From: Alphaproteobacteria bacterium
GTDB lineage: Bacteria > Pseudomonadota > Alphaproteobacteria > JABAAW01
NCBI GenBank assembly: GCA_014237925.1
Contig: JABACB010000005.1
Coordinates: 5,990 to 69,989, forward strand
DNA length: 64,000 nucleotides
Reading direction: 5' to 3'
Under the pieces are notes generated by a model, which saw nothing but the letters and a program-made list of their open reading frames with translations, had not been told where the DNA came from and made no database searches. Made by a program: the position numbers and the translations under genes. Below are positions 48,386-56,737 of this stretch, piece by piece (within the stretch, counting starts at the first letter, position 1; each line of letters opens with the position of its first letter).

Positions 48386-49275
48386 CCACATTCCCCCTCG
48401 CTCGGCTTGCCGTTGTTCTTGCCTTTGCGCTCGTCCTTACGTCGCTCGCGGGCTGCGGACGACCGCTCTACCTGCGTGAAGCCCACCGAGGCATCGTGCA
48501 AGGGCGCGAGGTCGTCAAGGGTGAGCCTGTCTACAAAATCGGCAATCCCTACCGTATTCGCGGCAAGCTCTACACGCCGCGCGTCAACTACGCCTACAAG
48601 GAGACAGGGATCGCGTCCTGGTACGGACCGAAGTTTCACAATCGACGCACCGCGAACAACGAGATCTTCGACGAAAACGCCATGAGCGCAGCTCATCGCA
48701 CTCTGCCGCTGCCCTCCTATGCGCTTGTGACAAACTTGCAAAACAACCGCTCGGTGCGCTTGCGCGTCAACGACCGAGGTCCCTTTGCCAAGGGACGAAT
48801 CCTGGATGTCTCTCGAAAGGCGGCGCAGGTGCTCGGATTCGAAAAGCAGGGGACAACGCTCGTGCATGTCCAAATCCTCGGCAAGGAGAGCAAACGCCTC
48901 GCCGAACAGATGAAGCGCGGAGGAAAGGCAACCCTCTACGGAGGAAGAAGAACGGCTTCTCTCGCTCCCAGCATCGTGCCGCGAGCGCAAGCCGCGCAAG
49001 GAGCCGCCGCTGCCACAACAACATCCGATCCTTCCTGGCAGGTCTATGCGCAAATCGGCGCGTTCGAACAACAGAGCAATCTCTCCCGTACGCGCAACAA
49101 GCTCGAATCGCTGGGCTGGGGCTTGCCCGTCGCCGTCAAACCCGCACCCGACCCCACCTTGATCCGCCTGCTGCTCGGTCCTCTGAAGGGCTACGACGAC
49201 GCGAAGATCGAAGCCTTGCTCGACCGCCTTCACAAGGCGGGTTTTTCTGAAGCCCAAGTGCGTGTGTTGCGCTGA
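48376..49275 (+). CDS. rlpA: Septal ring lytic transglycosylase RlpA (DPBB domain plus SPOR domain) lipoprotein
   Basis: Lipobox LTSLAGC. The DPBB core is GIASWYGPKFHNRRTANNEIFDENAMSAAHRTLPLPSYALVTNLQNNRSVRLRVNDRGPF. The C-terminal SPOR is YAQIGAFEQQSNL. Confidence 0.92.
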   Translation: MMTTTFPLARLAVVLAFALVLTSLAGCGRPLYLREAHRGIVQGREVVKGEPVYKIGNPYRIRGKLYTPRVNYAYKETGIASWYGPKFHNRRTANNEIFDENAMSAAHRTLPLPSYALVTNLQNNRSVRLRVNDRGPFAKGRILDVSRKAAQVLGFEKQGTTLVHVQILGKESKRLAEQMKRGGKATLYGGRRTASLAPSIVPRAQAAQGAAAATTTSDPSWQVYAQIGAFEQQSNLSRTRNKLESLGWGLPVAVKPAPDPTLIRLLLGPLKGYDDAKIEALLDRLHKAGFSEAQVRVLR

Positions 49276-49934
49276 TGCAAGGAAAACATGCGACGGACAA
49301 ACGCGGCGGGTTCGTCGTGATCGAAGGGATCGACGGCGCGGGCAAAAGCCTGCAAACCCGAAGGTTACACCGCCATGTGACACAACGAGGCATCGAGTGC
49401 ATCGCAACCCGCGAACCCGGCGGATCGGGCTTGGGCGAAGACATTCGCGCTTGGCTGTTGCAACACGAAACGGATGCCATCACCGAAGCCTTCCTGTTCA
49501 ACGCTGCGCGCAGAGAGCATGCGCGTACCCTCATTGCGCCCGCGCTGTCTCAAGGAACATGGGTTGTCTGCGACCGCTTTGCCTTGTCGGGCTTCGCCTA
49601 TCAGGGGGCAGGGGGAGCGGCTGCGTCCTCGCTCGAGGCTTTGCATCGCATCGCCTGTAGCGCGCTCGACGAGAGCGACGCCGAGCTCAAGGTCGACGCG
49701 GGCTTCCTCCTCGACCTGCCGCCCGTAGAGGCGCAGGCACGGCTGGTTGAAAAGGGAGGAGATGCCGACCTCTTCGAACGAAGAGGACTCGATTTCTTTG
49801 AACATGTCCGCGCGCTACTCTTGCAGCGTGCCGAAGAAGAAGGCGACAGGTGGCATATCGTCGACGCTCGAGCGAGCGGAGAAGAGGTGGCGAAACAAAT
49901 ACACGAAACCCTCGATCGATGTTTTTTCGCATGA
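49275..49934 (+). CDS. tmk: Thymidylate kinase
   Basis: The P-loop FVVIEGIDGAGKS and the DRF motif (VVCDRF). The ATG overlaps the rlpA TGA. Confidence 0.93.
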   Translation: MQGKHATDKRGGFVVIEGIDGAGKSLQTRRLHRHVTQRGIECIATREPGGSGLGEDIRAWLLQHETDAITEAFLFNAARREHARTLIAPALSQGTWVVCDRFALSGFAYQGAGGAAASSLEALHRIACSALDESDAELKVDAGFLLDLPPVEAQARLVEKGGDADLFERRGLDFFEHVRALLLQRAEEEGDRWHIVDARASGEEVAKQIHETLDRCFFA

Positions 49935-49968
49935 ACATGAAAATGACAAAAGAGAATGACAAAAGAGA

Positions 49969-51123
49969 ATGACTGAGACCATTCCATCTCCATCTTCTGG
50001 CGGGCTGGAAGGGCAGGGGGGCTTGCCCTCGTCTTGCCTTCCTTCGTCTTGTTTATCTTCGCAACTGTACGGGCAGGAGGAGGCGGAGCAAACCTTCCTG
50101 CGCGCGTGGCAACGCGGAGGGCTGGCTCATGCCTGGCTGCTGCAAGGGGTGCGCGGAGTGGGGAAAGCCACCTTCGCCTATGCTGCCGCGCGTGCGCTGT
50201 TGAGCCACCAAGGCGCGAGTTCTGCCGCAGATGTTGTTGCAACTTATGCGGCGGCATCCACCCCGTCGAGTTCCGTCTTCCAACAAGTCGCCTTCGGGAC
50301 GCATCCCGACCTTGCCGTGATCGCAAGCGAAGGCGAGAAGGAGATCACCGTCGATCGGTCGCGCGAGCTGGTGCGCTTTTTGCACAAGACCCCCGTCGTG
50401 TCGCGCTATCGGGTGGGGATCGTCGATTCTGCCGATCGAATGAACCGCGAGGCGGCGAACGCGCTGCTCAAGCTGGTCGAAGAACCCGGAAGGCTTGTCG
50501 TGCTGTTTCTCGTCTGTCATGCGAGCGAGGCGCTTTTGGAGACATTGCGCTCGCGCTGTCGCGCGTTGCTCTTTCAGGAGATTGCAGAGGAGAAGATCGC
50601 CGAGGTTCTGCGCACTCGCGGCGAGACGCACGCAACAGCCCGTCGGATCGCCGCCTTGTCTTGCGGCTCTTTCTACTACGCAGGGCTGCTTCTTGAAGCA
50701 GGCGGCGAGAACTTCGTCGAGGCTTTCGGAACGGCGCTCTCCGTGCGTCTGACGGGCGAGAGCAACAACAACGCAGCGGCGTTTGCAGACATGTTGCGCG
50801 AGAAAGCCTTTGCTGAAAAAAGACCCGAAGCTTTTCGTTTCTTGTGGCAGCGATTTCTCGCCTCTGCCGTGCGCACAGCAAACAAGAAAAGGCAAGAAGG
50901 AGCAAAAGAAAGTAAAGCAGAAGAAAGCAGAGGAGGGGTCGAAGCTCTGTTGGCGTTGCTGTCGCAGGATGCGCACGAGGCAGTCGAGCGCACAAGCGCG
51001 ACTTTTTGGCAGGACTTGTGGCAGCATAGCGTTCCGCACCTGCTAGCCAGCAGGGCAGCGCGCGGCGGAGACTTTGCCCTATCTGCCGACTATGCGCTAG
51101 AGGGATTGAGGGAGGCTTGCTGA
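49969..51123 (+). CDS. holB: DNA polymerase III subunit delta'
   Basis: LAHAWLLQGVRGVGKATFA, an AAA-like P-loop variant, and NALLKLVEEP. It sits between tmk and metG. The start codon lies in the last unit of a 13-nt repeat (49942-49975). Confidence 0.88.
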   Translation: MTETIPSPSSGGLEGQGGLPSSCLPSSCLSSQLYGQEEAEQTFLRAWQRGGLAHAWLLQGVRGVGKATFAYAAARALLSHQGASSAADVVATYAAASTPSSSVFQQVAFGTHPDLAVIASEGEKEITVDRSRELVRFLHKTPVVSRYRVGIVDSADRMNREAANALLKLVEEPGRLVVLFLVCHASEALLETLRSRCRALLFQEIAEEKIAEVLRTRGETHATARRIAALSCGSFYYAGLLLEAGGENFVEAFGTALSVRLTGESNNNAAAFADMLREKAFAEKRPEAFRFLWQRFLASAVRTANKKRQEGAKESKAEESRGGVEALLALLSQDAHEAVERTSATFWQDLWQHSVPHLLASRAARGGDFALSADYALEGLREAC

Positions 51124-51127
51124 TACG

Positions 51128-52711
51128 ATGACAGCCCAGAAGCGATTTTATCTGACGACGCCGATTTACTATGTCAACGACAAGCCTCACATAGGGCATG
51201 CCTACACGAGTTTGGCGAGCGATGTTGTGGTGCGTTACAAGCGGTTGCGAGGCTACGAGTGTCATTTGCTGACAGGCACGGACGAGCATGGTCAGAAGGT
51301 TCAGCAAGCGGCGCAGCGAGCGGGGGAGGAGACTGCGTTATTTACGAGCAGGTTTGCCGAGAACTTTCGTTCCATGGCGGAGCGGTTGCAGATTTCCTAC
51401 GACGGCTTTGTGCGCACGACGGAGGAGCGTCATCGTTTGAGCGCGCAGGCGTTTTGGACGAGGTTGCAAGAGAGCGGCGATCTGTACGACAAGGACTACG
51501 AGGGGTGGTATTCGGTTCGCGACGAGAACTATTGCGATGCGTCCGAGATTAAGGAGCGCGCGGACGGCACGAAGGTATCTGCGAGCGGGGGGGAGGTTGA
51601 GTGGGTTATCGAGCCGAGCATTTTTTTCCGTCTGTCGAAGTATCGGGATTCGTTGTTGCGCCATTACGACGCGCACCCTGATTTCATTATGCCGAGGACT
51701 CGGATGAACGAGGTTCGTTCTTTTGTGGAGGGTTCGTTGTGGGATTTGTGCGTTTCGCGCACTTCTTTCTCTTGGGGGGTGCCGGTGCCTGAGCGGGAGG
51801 GGCATGTGATGTATGTTTGGGTTGATGCTCTGACGAACTATTTGACGGGGTTGGGCTTCCCGAACGAAGGGAGCAAGGGGGGAGGATTGTTTGATTTTTG
51901 GCCTGCGGACATGCACATGGTAGGCAAGGACATCGTGAGGTTTCATGGAGTTTATTGGCCTGCGTTGTTGATGTCGGCGGGGTTGGAGTTGCCGAAGCGG
52001 ATTTTTGCGCACGGGTGGTGGACGAACGCGGGCGAGAAAATTTCCAAGTCTGTAGGGAATGTGATCGATCCGATCGCGTTGGTAGATGAATACGGGTTGG
52101 ATCGGGTTCGTTATTTCTTGTTGCGCGAGGTACCGTTTGGCGAGGACGGAGATTTCTCGCACGAAGCGATGGTACGGCGCAGCAACGAGGATTTGGCGAA
52201 CGGGCTGGGCAATTTGTGTATGCGGGTGTTGACTTTGGCGGATAGGGGGTGGGGCGGTCTTCCTGTTTGCGAGGGGGCAGCCTGCAAGGGAGTAACCTTG
52301 GAGCAGGACGAGGCGTTGTTGGCGAAGTTTGACGCTGGCGAGGCGTTATTGGAGGAGCGGATGGAGGCGTGTTCGTTTCATCGGGCTTTGGCGGGTGTGA
52401 TGGCTTTGGTGGGGGAAGCGGATCGGTATATCACGCGGGAGGCTCCGTGGAAGTTGTTGGGGGCGGGGGACGAGGTGTCTAAGGGGAGGGCGGGGGTTGT
52501 GTTGTGGGTATTGTGCGAGTGTTTGCGGATGGCTGCGATCGATTTGCTGTGTTTTATGCCGGGGTCGATGGGGAGGATTTTGGATATGTTGGGGGTAGGG
52601 GAGGGGTTGCGTGATTTTGCGCATCGGGGGAGAAGGTTACCGAGGACGGGGGGGAAGTTGGGGGAGGTTGCGGCGGTCTTTCCGAGGCTGGAGAAGAGGG
52701 GGGAGGCGTAG
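51128..52711 (+). CDS. metG: Methionine--tRNA ligase (short form without the C-terminal dimerisation domain)
   Basis: FYLTTPIYYVNDKPHIGHAYT (HIGH motif) and the KISKS KMSKS-type motif (GEKISKSVGN). Confidence 0.95.
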   Translation: MTAQKRFYLTTPIYYVNDKPHIGHAYTSLASDVVVRYKRLRGYECHLLTGTDEHGQKVQQAAQRAGEETALFTSRFAENFRSMAERLQISYDGFVRTTEERHRLSAQAFWTRLQESGDLYDKDYEGWYSVRDENYCDASEIKERADGTKVSASGGEVEWVIEPSIFFRLSKYRDSLLRHYDAHPDFIMPRTRMNEVRSFVEGSLWDLCVSRTSFSWGVPVPEREGHVMYVWVDALTNYLTGLGFPNEGSKGGGLFDFWPADMHMVGKDIVRFHGVYWPALLMSAGLELPKRIFAHGWWTNAGEKISKSVGNVIDPIALVDEYGLDRVRYFLLREVPFGEDGDFSHEAMVRRSNEDLANGLGNLCMRVLTLADRGWGGLPVCEGAACKGVTLEQDEALLAKFDAGEALLEERMEACSFHRALAGVMALVGEADRYITREAPWKLLGAGDEVSKGRAGVVLWVLCECLRMAAIDLLCFMPGSMGRILDMLGVGEGLRDFAHRGRRLPRTGGKLGEVAAVFPRLEKRGEA

Positions 52712-52813
52712 TTCCTGTCTTTCTGTATTTTGCCCGCTATATTTTGCCCGCTATATTTTGCCTGCTATGTTTTGCCTGCGTTTTTGAAGGGATGCGAAGG
52801 GATGACTATGTGT

Positions 52814-52876
52814 GTCCGTTGCGCTCGCGCTTGTGCTTTTTTAATAGCACGCGCTCTTGCAACGGACGGGCTTTGT
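52814..52876. repeat. REP-like imperfect palindrome, copy 3 of 4
   Basis: GTCCGTTGCGCTCGCGCTTGTGC-ttttttaata-GCACGCGCTCTTGCAACGGAC plus GGGCTTTGT. Positions 52824-52876 match 53154-53206 over 53 nt with 2 mismatches. Confidence 0.85.
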
Positions 52877-53087
52877 GAGCTTTCTACGCACGAATTGCGT
52901 AGCCTCTTTGCTTATTGAAGCGTAGACGCTATCAATTTTTACGGATGCAAAACATCGCGTGCGTAGCACGCGCGGGGGTGCGGGGGGACGAAGTTCCCCC
53001 GCGAAAGCCCGCCGCGCAGGCGAGCGCACGCAGTGCGCTTTCTACGCGAAACGCGTAGCATCTTATTCAAAGCGCACGGCAAGCCGT

Positions 53088-53106
53088 GCGCAAGCTGAAT
53101 CGCAAC
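53088..53106. repeat. Left arm of the perfect 19-bp inverted repeat bracketing the AT-rich gene
   Basis: GCGCAAGCTGAATCGCAAC. Its exact reverse complement is at 53960-53978. Confidence 0.9.
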
Positions 53107-53153
53107 CTAGCGAGCTGCTTTTGTTACGAAAGGTTGTTGGCGCGAGGCTTCGC

Positions 53154-53206
53154 CTCGCGCTTGTGCTTTTTTAATAGCATGCGCTCGTGCAACGGACGGG
53201 CTTTGT
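53154..53206. repeat. REP-like element, copy 4 of 4 (right half plus tail)
   Basis: CTCGCGCTTGTGCTTTTTTAATAGCATGCGCTCGTGCAACGGACGGGCTTTGT. Confidence 0.85.
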
Positions 53207-53256
53207 TTGTTGGGGCATAAACAAACGCGTGCGTAGCCTCTTCTTACCCAAGCGTC

Positions 53257-53817
53257 TTACCCTTGTTTGTTCCTACAATTATTCCAAATCTCCTGAATCA
53301 ATTTTCCTTTGTAGCTCCAATACTCCCCTCCCTGATATTGTCCTGTGTCTCTAATATCCTTTAAAAGCTCGCTATATACCCTTATTGTAGCTCTAGAAAG
53401 AGCGCAAGGTTTCCCCAATAATTCAACTTGGTTATCATTATAGACAACACACATTATTGAAGGATTTCTAGTAAAATTCAAAATTTCTCCCTTTTCAATC
53501 CCCATTTTGGAGAAATTGTATCTTTCTTTTGAAACCTTTCTTTTGCCTTCAATCGCTTTTTTGGCTTGTGCTATGAACTCTTTTTTAAAAAACCCTCGCT
53601 CTTGCCAAACAAAAGCAGCATCGCAATTTGCACGAACATCCTCTTCTGCTTTTTCAGCATCCTTTACTTTCATTGAGTACTCGCATGTGAAAAAACCAGG
53701 GACTCCTTCGCTGTCAAGGCGTTGTATTTCTTTTTCCAAAGTACCAACATCGAAATGCCCAATAAAAGCAAGTTCTGGTATGTAAGGGTTGGTGAGTATG
53801 TAGACAATTCCAGACAT
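53257..53817 (-). CDS. GIY-YIG/T5orf172-like nuclease-family protein with a small C-terminal putative DNA-binding module; the gene is AT-rich and probably horizontally acquired
   Basis: 186 aa. The N-terminus is GIVYILTNPYIPELAFIGH...RL...F, and the C-terminal part is FSKMGIEKGEILNF...GGEYWSYKGKLIQEIW. GGAGGA lies about 8 nt upstream of the ATG at 53817. The base composition is strikingly lower in G+C than every neighbouring gene. Confidence 0.7.
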   Translation of the reverse strand: MSGIVYILTNPYIPELAFIGHFDVGTLEKEIQRLDSEGVPGFFTCEYSMKVKDAEKAEEDVRANCDAAFVWQERGFFKKEFIAQAKKAIEGKRKVSKERYNFSKMGIEKGEILNFTRNPSIMCVVYNDNQVELLGKPCALSRATIRVYSELLKDIRDTGQYQGGEYWSYKGKLIQEIWNNCRNKQG

Positions 53818-53959
53818 TTTTTCCTCCTATAGGTTAAAAAGCTCTGTCGGCACATCCGCACTATACAATACAAGATTCAAGTAAAGCAACCATTGTTTGT
53901 CAGGATAGCAATATCGCACGCGTAGCATGGCAAACAGATTTTCGTCCCCCCCCCGACAC

Positions 53960-53978
53960 GTTGCGATTCAGCTTGCGC
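53960..53978. repeat. Right arm of the perfect 19-bp inverted repeat
   Basis: GTTGCGATTCAGCTTGCGC. Similarity to the left arm extends with mismatches to about 35 bp. Confidence 0.9.
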
Positions 53979-54218
53979 GTGGCTTCGCCTCGCGTTTGGT
54001 GAGGTAAGAGGCTGCGCGCTTCGCTTCGCTCGCACGCAGAATGCGCGTAACCCTTCGGGTTGTCGCGCCCGCTGTGAGAAGCGGGGTCTTTTACGAGGGG
54101 CAAAGCCCCTCGCGCTCCCCGTGCGCGTACTCGCAAGCCTTCGGCTGCTCGCACGTGTTTTGCTACGCGCAATATCCTTCTTCCCCTCGTATCCCCCAAA
54201 CCCTACAATCATCCCACC

Positions 54219-55088
54219 ATGAACACGCAGCCCCCGCCTCCCTCTCCCTTCCCCCTCGTCGACTCCCATTGCCACCTCGATTTCTTCCTCGAACAAAGCC
54301 AACCCAAAATCTCCGACCTCCCGCCTCTCGCCACAATTCTCGAAAACGCCTTCTCCGCCAATATCTCCATCCTCCTCTCCATCGCAACATCCCTCTCCGA
54401 ACAGCAAACCCTCCTCAACCTCTGCACGACAAACCCGAGCCACCCCCGTATCTTCTGCTCCGCAGGAACTCACCCCACATACCTCTCGACCACAACCCCG
54501 CCCCCGACAACAGAGCAGCTGCTCGCTTGGAAAGCACAACACCCCGAACGCATCATCGCTTTTGGCGAAAGCGGGCTCGATTTCTTCCGTCCCACGAATC
54601 CTCCTGCCGCCCTGCAAGAAGCCTCTTTCCGCAACCACATTCTCGCTGCGCAAGAAGCGCAAATTCCGCTCGTTGTCCACAACCGCGCTGCAGACGCTCA
54701 CCTCGAACGCATCCTTCTCGAAACACAGAAAGACAAGCCCTACCCCTGCATCCTTCATTGCTTCGCAGCCTCACAACGTCTTGCGAACATCGCCCTGGAA
54801 ACGGGCTGCCTCCTCTCCTTCGCCGGACTCATCACCTACCGCAGCGCACAAAACTTGGAGCCCGTCGTGCGCTCAACCCCCGTCGATGCCATGCTGCTGG
54901 AAACCGACTCGCCCTTCCTTCCTCCCCAAGAAGCTTCCGCCGCTCGCAACAAGCGACCTCCCTACGCCGAGCCCGCCATGCTCCCTGTTACGGCGCGACA
55001 CATTGCAGCGTTGAAAAACCTCTCGCTCGACGAGGTCGCAGAGCAGACGACGCAAAACTTCCTTAGAACCTTCAACATCGCAGGATGA
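54219..55088 (+). CDS. TatD-family metal-dependent hydrolase (YcfH-like)
   Basis: The PLVDSHCHLDF N-terminal motif, then GESGLDF, PLVVHNR, ILHCF and LLETDSPFL. Confidence 0.92.
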   Translation: MNTQPPPPSPFPLVDSHCHLDFFLEQSQPKISDLPPLATILENAFSANISILLSIATSLSEQQTLLNLCTTNPSHPRIFCSAGTHPTYLSTTTPPPTTEQLLAWKAQHPERIIAFGESGLDFFRPTNPPAALQEASFRNHILAAQEAQIPLVVHNRAADAHLERILLETQKDKPYPCILHCFAASQRLANIALETGCLLSFAGLITYRSAQNLEPVVRSTPVDAMLLETDSPFLPPQEASAARNKRPPYAEPAMLPVTARHIAALKNLSLDEVAEQTTQNFLRTFNIAG

Positions 55089-56053
55089 TCCCCCTCGCCA
55101 CAACACCTCTAGTTTGCACGGTCTTGGGATGCGGCACTTCATCGGGCGTGCCTGTGCTGGCGGTCGGCTGGGGGAAGTGCGACCCTGCCAACCCCAAAAA
55201 TCTCCGCACGCGATGCTCGCTCTTGATGCAGTGGCGAGAGGGCGAAGAGGAGGGAGCAGAGGGAGCAGAGGAAGCAGAGGAGGGGACAGAGGGAACAGAG
55301 GAGAGAAGAGGTTTGTTGCGCAGCGTGCTGATCGATTCCTCGCCCGATTGTCGGGCACAGCTGTTGCGCGCGGGGATCGCTCGTTTGGACGCCGTTCTCT
55401 ACACGCACGACCATGCCGACCATTGCCATGGCATCGACGACCTGAAATGGATGCGTGGCGACGAGACGATCGCGGCTTATGCGAATGCTTCGACTTTGGA
55501 GAGTTTGCAACATCGTTTCGGTTATGTGTTCGGTTCTGTGTTCGGTTCTGTGTTCGATTCTGTTTCGCGCTCTGAGCGAAAACACGAGAATCCGCTGTAT
55601 CGCCCTATTTTGTCGGGGGTTGCTATCGAGCCGTGGAGGGAGTTTTCGCCCGTCTCTTCTCCTGTCTCTTCGCCTGTCTCTTCGTCTGTCTCTTCAGGGG
55701 TGGATTTGGGGGCGAGGGTGTTGCCGATTGCGCTCGACCATGGATTTTTTGGCGAGGTGTTGGGGTTTCGTCTTGGGAATGTCGCCTATACGACGGATTG
55801 CGTTTCTCTCTCGGAGCGTGCTTTCAAGGCTTTGGAGGGTGTGAAGACATGGATCGTGGGCTGTCTCAGGCGCGAGGAGCATCCGACGCACGCGCATCTG
55901 TCGCGTGTCGTGGGTTGGGCGGAGCGGGTAGGGGCGGAGCGCGTCTATTTGACGCATATGAACGCTTCGATGGATTACGATCGGCTTTGCGAGGAGTTGC
56001 CGTCTTACATTCGTCCTGCCTACGATTTTTTGCGGGTTTCTGGCGAATTTTAG
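55085..56053 (+). CDS. MBL-fold metallo-hydrolase (PhnP-like) carrying three repeat-derived inserts
   Basis: LGCGTSSGVP...YTHDHADHCHGIDDL...THM. The ATGA overlaps the tatD stop. The inserts are EGEEEGAEGAEEAEEGTEGTEE (about 55240-55312), VFGSVFGSVFDSV (about 55521-55566) and SPVSSPVSSPVSSSVSS (about 55640-55700). Confidence 0.85.
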   Translation: MIPLATTPLVCTVLGCGTSSGVPVLAVGWGKCDPANPKNLRTRCSLLMQWREGEEEGAEGAEEAEEGTEGTEERRGLLRSVLIDSSPDCRAQLLRAGIARLDAVLYTHDHADHCHGIDDLKWMRGDETIAAYANASTLESLQHRFGYVFGSVFGSVFDSVSRSERKHENPLYRPILSGVAIEPWREFSPVSSPVSSPVSSSVSSGVDLGARVLPIALDHGFFGEVLGFRLGNVAYTTDCVSLSERAFKALEGVKTWIVGCLRREEHPTHAHLSRVVGWAERVGAERVYLTHMNASMDYDRLCEELPSYIRPAYDFLRVSGEF

Positions 56054-56737
56054 GTATTTTCTGCGAACGCAAAAAGAGAAAACTTTACAGGAGAGCCGGG
56101 CGCGGACGGGTTTTTGGCGAGGTGGTTTTCTGTGAAGTTTTGAAAAGTCCTTGTTTTCCGCCATTGTTGCGAAGAGGGGGAGGTGGCTTTTCCGAGAAAA
56201 TTTTGTTTTTCGGCGTTTTTCCTAATAAATGTGGGTTCTTGCTTTTTGGGGGGAGAATTTGGAAGCGGAGGAAAAACGGCTTGTTTGCGTGAATTTCACG
56301 GGCAGGAAGGGATTCGAAGCTGATGTATGGGATGAGGCTCTTCGCAGTAGTATTAGGCGCATAAGAGATATTATGGAAAATGAAAGGGAAACGGAAATCG
56401 CGCAACTTTGCTGTGTAAGGTGTTGATATGGCGTTGTTTTTTGCGAGACTTGAATTCGCGGGAAGTTGAAGTGGTATGGAACGAGTGGAAGTTGGAAGTT
56501 GGAGCTCGAGACACTTCGAGACACTTCGGGACACATGGCGGTTGAGGTTGGAAAAAACGATGTCAGGGAAAAATTTTGGGAGGCGTGGGAATTGGCGGGA
56601 GTTGAATGGCGTGGTAGCAACTTGTTCGGTAATTCGCGGGCATTTCGAAGATGGAACTTCGTTTGTAGTTTTTTCGCCACTTATCGTGCTTGACGGAGGC
56701 AAAACGATGCGTGCGCCGGCAATCTTTTCTTTTTTAT

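Noticed and set aside
52712-54218. A group I intron carrying a GIY-YIG homing endonuclease
   Set aside because: The combination of dense hairpins and a GIY-YIG gene is suggestive. However, the region lies between two complete genes (the metG stop at 52711 and the tatD start at 54219), so no host gene is interrupted. The nuclease is on the opposite strand to both neighbours. I could not trace the conserved P3-P7 core pairings by eye. A covariance-model scan would be needed to revive the idea.
53877-54758. A 293-aa minus-strand ORF spanning the hairpin region and the 5' half of tatD
   Set aside because: It is antisense to a clear TatD-family gene (DSHCHLDF and related motifs). Its upstream part lies in repeat and hairpin DNA, and it has no recognisable motifs.
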